Below, piece after piece: positions 5,143 to 11,733 of a stretch of 11,733 bases of DNA. Position 1 is the first letter of the stretch. Each line of letters starts with the position of its first letter. The position numbers and the translations under genes were made by a program. This DNA is from Candidatus Micrarchaeota archaeon. GTDB lineage: Archaea; Micrarchaeota; Micrarchaeia; Anstonellales; Bilamarchaeaceae. Below the pieces are notes generated by a model, which worked only from the letters and a program-made list of their open reading frames with translations, did not search any database and was not told the DNA's origin. The DNA is taken from contig JBBITJ010000013.1 in assembly GCA_037440825.1 (NCBI GenBank), positions 1 to 11,733 on the forward strand, read 5' to 3'.

Positions 5143-6306
5143 TCAGAGCTCGAAAGCGACCTTTCCCCTGCAGATCGTCTTTGCCACCCTTCCCCTGAGC
5201 CTCATTCCTTCGAAAGGGGACCATTTCGCCTTCGTTTCCATCTCTTCCCCCTTCACTATCCAGTCTTTCTTCAAATCAACCAGCGTGATGTTGCCCGCGA
5301 ATCCAGCCTTTATCTTCCCGCAATCAGGAAGCCCCATTATACGCGCCGGATTCTCGGAGAACCTCTGCGCTATCCATTCGAGTGGGACGAGCTTCCTGCT
5401 GTACGCGTCGAGAAACAGCGCGAGTGCAGTCTCGAGCCCCGGGAATCCCCTGGCTCCTTCCTTTTTCTCCTCCACGAGGTGCGGCGCATGGTCCGTTCCC
5501 ACTGCATCCACTTTCTTCAGGTTTCTCCACAGCATCTCGACCTCAACCCTGCTTCGCAGCGGCGGATTCACCAGTCCGAGCCCCTTCCCCATCTTCTTCC
5601 CTTCCTCCGTGCTGAGGAAAAGGTGGTGCGGCGTAACGTCCGCAGTGGCTTTTCCGTAGCTCTTGGCGATCGCGAGCTCCCTTGCAGTGGATACGTGCGT
5701 TATGTGGACTTTCCGCGCGGCCTTTTTCGCCAGCGTTATGGCGGTCCGCACCCTTTCCTCGTCTTCATAAGCGCTCTCCCCTTCAGCCTGAGCGTGCACC
5801 AAGATCTGCCTGTTACTGGGGAATTCCCGCATGTGCCTCAGCGCCCCTTCAGGGCTGAGCGACATGTTTCCAGTTGTCTTTCCCATGTAGAACTTGAGAC
5901 TTCCAGGCCCAGCCTTTTTCACCTCATCGAAGTTGGAGTCCGTTGCGCCGAAATGGAACCTCACTTCGCACTCCGCCTTCTTCGCGAGCCCCATCTTATC
6001 ATCAAGCGTCTCCTTCGTGATTGTGGGCTTCGGGCTGTTGTTAGGCATGTCGTATATGAGGGAATAGCCGCCAGCCAGCGCGGCCCTGCTTCCGCTCGCA
6101 AAATCCTCCTTCCATTCCTGCCCCGGCTCGCGCAGATGCGCGTGGATGTCTATCAGGCCGGGAAGCGCCACGAGCCCGGCAGCATTGACGAGCTCCTCCT
6201 GCGCGTCTATGCGGTTCGCGACCTTCTCTATTTTCCCTCCCCTGATGAGTATGTCTTTCCTGGAGAACCTCCCATCCACGTAAGCGGTCGCGTTCTTGAC
6301 GAGCAT
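5143..6306 (-). CDS. pyrC: Dihydroorotase (amidohydrolase family)
   Basis: Motifs PGLIDIHAHLREPG, DMPN, KFYMG, VHITHVS, DVTPHHL, VNPPLR, TDHAPH, GFPGLET and WSPFEG. Confidence 0.92.
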   Translation of the reverse strand: MLVKNATAYVDGRFSRKDILIRGGKIEKVANRIDAQEELVNAAGLVALPGLIDIHAHLREPGQEWKEDFASGSRAALAGGYSLIYDMPNNSPKPTITKETLDDKMGLAKKAECEVRFHFGATDSNFDEVKKAGPGSLKFYMGKTTGNMSLSPEGALRHMREFPSNRQILVHAQAEGESAYEDEERVRTAITLAKKAARKVHITHVSTARELAIAKSYGKATADVTPHHLFLSTEEGKKMGKGLGLVNPPLRSRVEVEMLWRNLKKVDAVGTDHAPHLVEEKKEGARGFPGLETALALFLDAYSRKLVPLEWIAQRFSENPARIMGLPDCGKIKAGFAGNITLVDLKKDWIVKGEEMETKAKWSPFEGMRLRGRVAKTICRGKVAFEL

Positions 6307-6327
6307 GATGAGATAGGAAAAGAGAGA

Positions 6328-6335
6328 TTTTTAAA
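6328..6335. promoter_or_regulatory. Putative bidirectional TATA box between pyrC and the 6357 gene
   Basis: Reads TTTTTAAA on + and TTTAAAAA on -, each starting 29 nt from the respective ATG within a 50-bp divergent spacer. Confidence 0.6.
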
Positions 6336-6356
6336 CGGTTATACAGAATAAAAACC

Positions 6357-7163
6357 ATGAAAAGGCTGTTTCTCCTGCTTCTGCTCTGCACATTCGCGTT
6401 CGCGGAGTTCAAGCTCCAGGCAACGGACATATCCGTGAAGATCGCGGAAGACGGCTCTGCGGTTGTGGAGGAGAAGCTCGACCTCATAGCTTACGGCCAG
6501 TACAGCATGCAGCTCTACGAGAGCGGATACAACAAGAACACGCTCGCGAGCTGGCAGGAGCTCACCGGAATAAGCGAGATAAAGACGCACCTGAGCGCCA
6601 GGGGCGTGGACATAAGGAACATCGTGATACGGCCCCAGCCGCTCCAGAAGTCCAAGTCCGGGCTGGAGGTGTGGTACGGCCAGATAATCATAGATTACAT
6701 CGCCCTTCCCGTCTACGACAAGTCCGGCAACGTGGTGAACAACACCGGCATAGTGCTCATGGACAAGTACAAGCCGCGCACCACCAGGTACACGCTCAAC
6801 ATCAATGCGTTCGATTTCGACAGGACGAATACAGGAGACATAAAGCTCGGGGAAGAGACCTATCTTTCGATAACCCCGCCCGCGAACGCGATGCTCACAT
6901 ACCTGAATCCTATCACCCAGGACATGCACGACACGAGGTTCCCGGCGCAATCGAGGACGCTCAAGTGGAACGGGCTCACGCTGGTGCAGTTCTCGCTCAC
7001 CTACGAGGTCGAGCAGAGCCTGGACAAGGAAGTCGTGGAGTTCTTCTCGCGCCTGCAGGAGAGCATGCGCACCAGCCTGGTGAGCACCGAAGGGCTGGCA
7101 GGGCTCGCCATAGCTGCGATAATCGTGCTGTCGTACTTTTACCTGAGGCTTTCAAGGAGATGA
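6357..7163 (+). CDS. Hypothetical secreted protein with C-terminal membrane anchor (268 aa)
   Basis: Sec-type signal MKRLFLLLLLCTFAFA|E, a beta-rich ectodomain, and C-terminal TM GLAGLAIAAIIVLSYFYL followed by basic RLSRR. Confidence 0.85.
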   Translation: MKRLFLLLLLCTFAFAEFKLQATDISVKIAEDGSAVVEEKLDLIAYGQYSMQLYESGYNKNTLASWQELTGISEIKTHLSARGVDIRNIVIRPQPLQKSKSGLEVWYGQIIIDYIALPVYDKSGNVVNNTGIVLMDKYKPRTTRYTLNINAFDFDRTNTGDIKLGEETYLSITPPANAMLTYLNPITQDMHDTRFPAQSRTLKWNGLTLVQFSLTYEVEQSLDKEVVEFFSRLQESMRTSLVSTEGLAGLAIAAIIVLSYFYLRLSRR

Positions 7164-7165
7164 TT

Positions 7166-8563
7166 ATGGCAGATTACAAGTACGAATCGGAGATGCTGGA
7201 GCAGCTCAAGCTTTCCAAGAAGGCTTCGCTAGACCAGATTGCCGCAGCGCTCAAGCTCGATAAGAACGCGCTCATGCGTCCGCTGACCTCGCTGGAGGAG
7301 AAGGGATTGGTGAAGAAGAGCGTGGAATCCACCTCTTCAGTTTCGCTTTCGGAAGAGGGGAAGAAATACCTTGTCGAAGGGCTCCCTGAAATCCGCGTGT
7401 ACGAGAAAGCCAGGGCAGGGAAGTCCGTCGCGGACCTGGCGCAGGACGAGAGGCAGTTCGGGATAAAATGGGCGAAGGAAAAAGGGCTAGCTGCAGTGGA
7501 AGCTGGGAAGCTCAGGCCGCTCAAATCGCTCTCAGAAAAAGAGGTTTCGGCTTATTCAGAATCGTACCTCACCTCGCCTTCGAACGTGAAGGAGCTCGTG
7601 GCGCGCGGGCTCGCAACCGAGTCTGTGCGCAAGGAAATAACGCTCGAGATCACTGGAGAAGGGATCGGCGCGCGGCTCGGCGGAGGGGAAGGGCTCACCC
7701 AGCTCACCTCGGACATGCTGCGCACCGGCGCGTGGAAGAACGCGAAGTTCAAGGAATACGATGTCACAGTTCCAGCGAAGAACGCCCAGATGGGCAAGGT
7801 CCATCCCATAACGCACGCCATGGAGCGCATAAGGCGCATCTTCTCAGAAATGGGCTTCGAGGAGATGGAAGGAGGGTACGTGGAGAGCGCATTCTGGAAC
7901 TTCGACGCGCTTTTCCAGCCCCAGGACCATCCGGCGCGCGAGCTCGCGGATACATTCTATTTGGAAAAAGAGGAGCCGCTTCCTGAGAAAAAGCTGGTGG
8001 AGCGCGTGAAGCAGGCGCATGAGAAAGGATGGGGCTACGCGTGGAGCGAGCAGGAAGCCAAGAGGAGAGTGCTGCGCACCCACACCACTGCCTTGAGCGC
8101 CCGCCACCTTTCCAAGATGGACAAGACGCCCAAGAAGTATTTCGCCGTGGGGCGCGTGTTCAGGAACGAGGCCACGGATTTCAAGCACCTTGCGGAATTC
8201 CACCAGGTCGAGGGCATACTCGCGTGGGAGGATGCGACGTTCAGAGACCTGCTGGGTATGCTCAGGCAATTCTATTCCAAGCTCGGGTTCAGGAAGATAC
8301 GGTTCAGGCCGAGCTATTTCCCCTACACGGAGCCAAGCCTTGAAATAGAGGTGTATTTCGAGGAGAGGAAGCAGTGGATAGAGCTCGGAGGCGCGGGAAT
8401 AATGCGCCCTGAAGTTTCTTATCCGCTTGCCAATACCTATCCTGTGCTCGCATGGGGCCTCAGCCTTGAGCGGCCCCTGATGATGCTCATGGGCCTCAGC
8501 GACATAAGGACGTTCTACAAGAACGACCTGGGCTGGCTCAAGAAGGCGAAGGTAAAAATATGA
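7166..8563 (+). CDS. pheS: Phenylalanine-tRNA ligase alpha subunit, archaeal type with N-terminal winged-helix domains
   Basis: Motifs GKVHP, FWNFDALFQPQDHPARELADTFY, LRTHTT, GRVFRNE..DFKHLAEFHQVEG, FRPSYFPYTEPS, WIELGGAG and AWGLSLERP. Start is ATG 7166 (after AGGAGATGA) or ATG 7160 (ATGA overlap), not 6671. Confidence 0.97.
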   Translation: MADYKYESEMLEQLKLSKKASLDQIAAALKLDKNALMRPLTSLEEKGLVKKSVESTSSVSLSEEGKKYLVEGLPEIRVYEKARAGKSVADLAQDERQFGIKWAKEKGLAAVEAGKLRPLKSLSEKEVSAYSESYLTSPSNVKELVARGLATESVRKEITLEITGEGIGARLGGGEGLTQLTSDMLRTGAWKNAKFKEYDVTVPAKNAQMGKVHPITHAMERIRRIFSEMGFEEMEGGYVESAFWNFDALFQPQDHPARELADTFYLEKEEPLPEKKLVERVKQAHEKGWGYAWSEQEAKRRVLRTHTTALSARHLSKMDKTPKKYFAVGRVFRNEATDFKHLAEFHQVEGILAWEDATFRDLLGMLRQFYSKLGFRKIRFRPSYFPYTEPSLEIEVYFEERKQWIELGGAGIMRPEVSYPLANTYPVLAWGLSLERPLMMLMGLSDIRTFYKNDLGWLKKAKVKI

Positions 8564-10440
8564 GATTGGGCAGCGCAGCGATTGCGGTCGCAATAATCAT
8601 CGCCTTAGCCCTTGGAGTCATTATCCTTCTTCCGGAAGAGGGGCAGCAGCCCGCGCCTGCAGAAATGCAGAACGGCACGGTGCAGGCGCTGGAATTCGGG
8701 CGGGCAGGGGAATACGGCTATGTGACATTCTCTCATTCCGGCTCCGGCTCAGTGGAGCTGCTCGCGCTTTCCGAGCCTCCTAAAAGCGAAATAATTGTGT
8801 TGAGGAAGGACCTGCTGAACACCGAGCGCTACACCTATTTCATGGACCTCCTGCGTCCCCTGGAATCTAAGGGCTTCACGATAACCGAAGTTGAGGCTAT
8901 AGGCGAGCCGAACAATACCATAATCATAATCCCGAGCAGCGCGATGCCCGAAGACGTGCTGCTGAGATTGGACAACCTGAGCGCCAGCAACCGCATCATC
9001 TACATAGGAAAGGCGGACCTCCTGTACTCGGACCGCCTGCTCAAGTCCGAATGGCTTGCAAACCTTTCGAATTACACGAAGGCGCATCTCACAATTGTGG
9101 AGAAGACGCTGGACGAATTCTACCTTGGAAAGAACTATTCTCTCTTCTCCGAAATAGAAATGAACGCATGGGCGGTGGAGAACTCCACCTCTTTTTCGTA
9201 CAGCGGAAAGGGGATAAGCACAGTGTTCGTGCCGCTCGGGAACGCGGATTGGCTGCGCATGCTTCCGCTTTCCGATTCTAATAAGCTTCCTGAGCCCTCG
9301 GCTGAAATAGAGGGTGATTCCGAAGTTTTCCCGTGGCAGAGGGCGCAGGTCACGATAGAGCTCAACTACACCAACGGCACTGCTTATTATTCGCTGGAAA
9401 AGGACGGGAAGCAGGCGCAGGGCGGCGAGCTCGCGCGCGTGCGTTCAGATGAAGCGTTCCTTCTCACATTCTCGTTCCAGTCCTCAGGCGATTACATCGT
9501 CCGCGTGTACGACGCTTCCGGAACCCTGGGCGCGAAGAGGATACACGTTAGGAACCTCTCCATCTCCCTCGCCAGCGCGTACGGCAACCTCTACGAGTTC
9601 GACGTGCTGCTGGACGGAGAGCCGCTGGAGCGCGCCGAAGCCCAGGTGGGGCTCAACCATTCCTCCAATATCGTGGATGCGGAGATCAGGAACGGCAAGC
9701 TCTCCCTGCGCGCAGGGCTGCGGGAAGGCGAGAACGTATTCGTGATTTCAATTTTCGGGCACAAGAACTTCATTTCCTACATGAACAGCCAGGAAGGGCT
9801 CCTCGCGTTCTATGCGAAGTACCTGGGGCTGGGGCTAGTTGTAGTGGGAGCGTTCTACGTTGCTATGCGCATGAACCGCAAGCCAGTGTACAGGATAAGC
9901 GTCCCTGAAGGAGTCTTCGCCTCAAACCCTGAGGTAAAGGTTTCAGCAAAGGCGCTCCTCTCCTCAATGGAAGGGGTGGAGAAGGGCTTCGGCTGGAACG
10001 GCGTCCCACTGTACGCGAAGGAAATTGGGTTCGGGCTCAAGCACCTTACAGGTGGTATGGAAGTGAACGAGGGCAACGTGGAAGCGGTGATGAAAACCCT
10101 TGAAGAGAGGGGGCTGGTTAAAAGCCACCTGGGGCTCTACAGCTTGCCCTCCTGGGGCGACCACAGGAAAAATGCGCTCAAGCGCATAATACGGGACAAA
10201 CTCATATCCAGCGGCACGGAATTCAAGGAGACCTCTTACGGGTTCTCGTGCGCTGAGCACGACATAGTGTTGGACGCGGAAAAGGCGAAGCGCGACTCCA
10301 TAGTGGTGTTCGAGGACCAGGATTCGGTGAAATCCTACCTCTCCTCCCTCGAGGGGAAGGCGCGCGCCAGGATATACCTGAAGATGAGGAACGGCGTGCT
10401 CAGGCTCGCGGCGCTGGATGAGCTCGATGAACTTTTATAG
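8560..10440 (+). CDS. Hypothetical membrane glycoprotein: N-terminal TM, about 385-aa ectodomain, second TM, about 190-aa cytoplasmic domain with a winged-helix-like segment
   Basis: 626-aa ORF with ATGA overlap on the pheS stop. Hydrophobic segments at about aa 6-24 and aa 413-436. All 11 N-x-S/T sequons lie between them. Confidence 0.85.
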   Translation: MRLGSAAIAVAIIIALALGVIILLPEEGQQPAPAEMQNGTVQALEFGRAGEYGYVTFSHSGSGSVELLALSEPPKSEIIVLRKDLLNTERYTYFMDLLRPLESKGFTITEVEAIGEPNNTIIIIPSSAMPEDVLLRLDNLSASNRIIYIGKADLLYSDRLLKSEWLANLSNYTKAHLTIVEKTLDEFYLGKNYSLFSEIEMNAWAVENSTSFSYSGKGISTVFVPLGNADWLRMLPLSDSNKLPEPSAEIEGDSEVFPWQRAQVTIELNYTNGTAYYSLEKDGKQAQGGELARVRSDEAFLLTFSFQSSGDYIVRVYDASGTLGAKRIHVRNLSISLASAYGNLYEFDVLLDGEPLERAEAQVGLNHSSNIVDAEIRNGKLSLRAGLREGENVFVISIFGHKNFISYMNSQEGLLAFYAKYLGLGLVVVGAFYVAMRMNRKPVYRISVPEGVFASNPEVKVSAKALLSSMEGVEKGFGWNGVPLYAKEIGFGLKHLTGGMEVNEGNVEAVMKTLEERGLVKSHLGLYSLPSWGDHRKNALKRIIRDKLISSGTEFKETSYGFSCAEHDIVLDAEKAKRDSIVVFEDQDSVKSYLSSLEGKARARIYLKMRNGVLRLAALDELDELL

Positions 10441-10446
10441 TTGTAG

Positions 10447-11733
10447 GTGAATAGTATCGGCAGGGCACCTTACAATCCGTTGTGCTGTAAATGCCGCAAA
10501 CCAGATGTGCTTCGGCACATAAAGTGCCTGCGCACATCTGCCAAATTCTCTTCGCAGATTTGGCTTTCCGGGCTTTTCGCGTTCCTAGTTTTCCTCCCGC
10601 TTTCGTTCGCCTATTCGTACCCTCCTCACGCGCTCGTGCAGTCGCATAATGATTTGCTCGCCGCTTCGCTCCTCGGCGACGATTGCCTCAACCGTTCCTC
10701 GCCCACCTACTCGGATCCCGTGATATGCGCGGAGATGGAGCTTCTCACCATCTACCCTTCAGTGGACAATTCGATTTCAGCTGACAACGAATCATGGATA
10801 TTGTGGCGCTACGCTTACGACGCGTCCTCGCAGGACAGCACCTACACAGACGCCCATGGCTGCACTAGCTATTATCACAAGACCTTCCAGTGGGCCGAGT
10901 ATTCAGCGAATTTTTCATTCCATTTCCGCAACCAGTCCTATTCCGTAGTTTCCACAGAGAACCCAAAATCCATCCCATTCCCCAGCGACACTCTGAACGA
11001 AAGCCAGGGCGACAATATCACCATTGTTTTGGAAGGAAAAATAGTTTTCCGCTACCGCTTCGACCATACGGTTTCATCCTGGGTTTGCGTGAACAACTCT
11101 TGTTCCTGCGAAGAGACGGTCTATCCGAGCGAGGCGTTCAACATCACCCGCGACCTGGAGAGCAACCTCAGCTATATAGTAGAAGCTGGTTCCCCCCTGC
11201 ATTTCCTGAACAAGCCCGTGCTCTACGAGCAGTGGAAAGGCGACCCGCAATTCGAGGACCTGGTTTTCTCCAAGAGGAGGTTCTACCTGGCGTCCCTCTC
11301 CCTGGAAAATTCCACTTACGCGAATGCCTCCATTTACGAATTCAACATTACCAACGTTTCTTCGGACGCGTGGAGAATCGTTTCAACCCCGGTTTACAAT
11401 TCCACGAACATGGGCATGGAGGAAATCCCGAACTTTTCAATTCCCGTGCCCCTGGAAGATGCGAACGACAGCTTCACATACCTCTACGTCTTCGACTCGA
11501 ATCCGGATTTCCTGGGTCCGCACAACTACACGCTCAATTTCACGGATATGTTCGGGAACCGCTTCTCCAAGAAGTTCAACATAACCACGCGGCTGCTCAC
11601 TCTCGGCAATTCCACGGGAGAGGACGGTTCGCAGGACATATCGGACAGGAGTCTATATCGCCCTTCTTCGCCTATTCAGGAGAAAGTATTTTCCCTCATC
11701 ACGGTTTCATTGGGCGCGCTCGGCTTCCTCATC
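10447..11733 (+). CDS. Secreted/surface glycoprotein with probable C-terminal TM anchor; 3'-truncated by window end, start uncertain
   Basis: The frame starting at GTG 10447 has no stop to the window end. It contains the signal-like IWLSGLFAFLVFLPLSFA|YS and 20 N-x-S/T sequons, and ends in hydrophobic VFSLITVSLGALGFLI. An alternative start is GTG 10507. Confidence 0.82.
   Translation, partial: MNSIGRAPYNPLCCKCRKPDVLRHIKCLRTSAKFSSQIWLSGLFAFLVFLPLSFAYSYPPHALVQSHNDLLAASLLGDDCLNRSSPTYSDPVICAEMELLTIYPSVDNSISADNESWILWRYAYDASSQDSTYTDAHGCTSYYHKTFQWAEYSANFSFHFRNQSYSVVSTENPKSIPFPSDTLNESQGDNITIVLEGKIVFRYRFDHTVSSWVCVNNSCSCEETVYPSEAFNITRDLESNLSYIVEAGSPLHFLNKPVLYEQWKGDPQFEDLVFSKRRFYLASLSLENSTYANASIYEFNITNVSSDAWRIVSTPVYNSTNMGMEEIPNFSIPVPLEDANDSFTYLYVFDSNPDFLGPHNYTLNFTDMFGNRFSKKFNITTRLLTLGNSTGEDGSQDISDRSLYRPSSPIQEKVFSLITVSLGALGFLI

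Noticed and set aside
6671..7159. 163-aa N-terminal extension of the 630-aa PheS ORF
   Set aside because: It is an alternate-frame shadow inside the 6357..7163 gene. It is Arg/His-rich nonsense, and a good SD and ATG exist at 7160/7166.
3683..8593. Long antisense or alternate-frame ORFs (e.g. 3683..4534, 3745..4443, 5479..6351, 6339..6950, 7844..8593)
   Set aside because: They are shadows of well-supported genes, expected with high GC3, and contain no recognisable motifs.
11324..11584. 86-aa ORF from the track
   Set aside because: It is an out-of-frame shadow of the long open frame 10447..>11733, which has a signal peptide, sequons and a TM.

Overview
Gene-dense archaeal chromosomal window. 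The gene style suggests a DPANN/Micrarchaeota-like lineage (inference, not established). In order it contains: an intron-containing tRNA-Thr(CGT) on the minus strand; two tandem paralogous class III signal-peptide (type IV pilin-like) genes; deoxyhypusine synthase coupled to an unknown membrane protein; a convergent, overlapping scpA; a 4xCBS protein with a C-terminal HPF/RaiA-like domain (probable archaeal ribosome hibernation factor) followed by a third pilin-like gene; dihydroorotase; and a tightly coupled run of a membrane-anchored surface protein, pheS, a 626-aa two-TM protein with a cytoplasmic winged-helix-like part, and a sequon-rich surface glycoprotein that is missing from the ORF track because it runs off the window end. 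Highlights: (1) the two pilins show a mosaic of almost fully recoded and 100% identical DNA blocks, suggesting gene conversion; (2) the 77-nt tRNA intron folds into three hairpins with a relaxed BHB motif; (3) the CBS-HPF gene appears co-transcribed with a pilin; (4) a cluster of mutually exclusive hairpins covers the 5' end of the last gene; (5) one palindromic TATA box is positioned to drive two divergent leaderless genes. No CRISPR array, transposase or integrase was seen.
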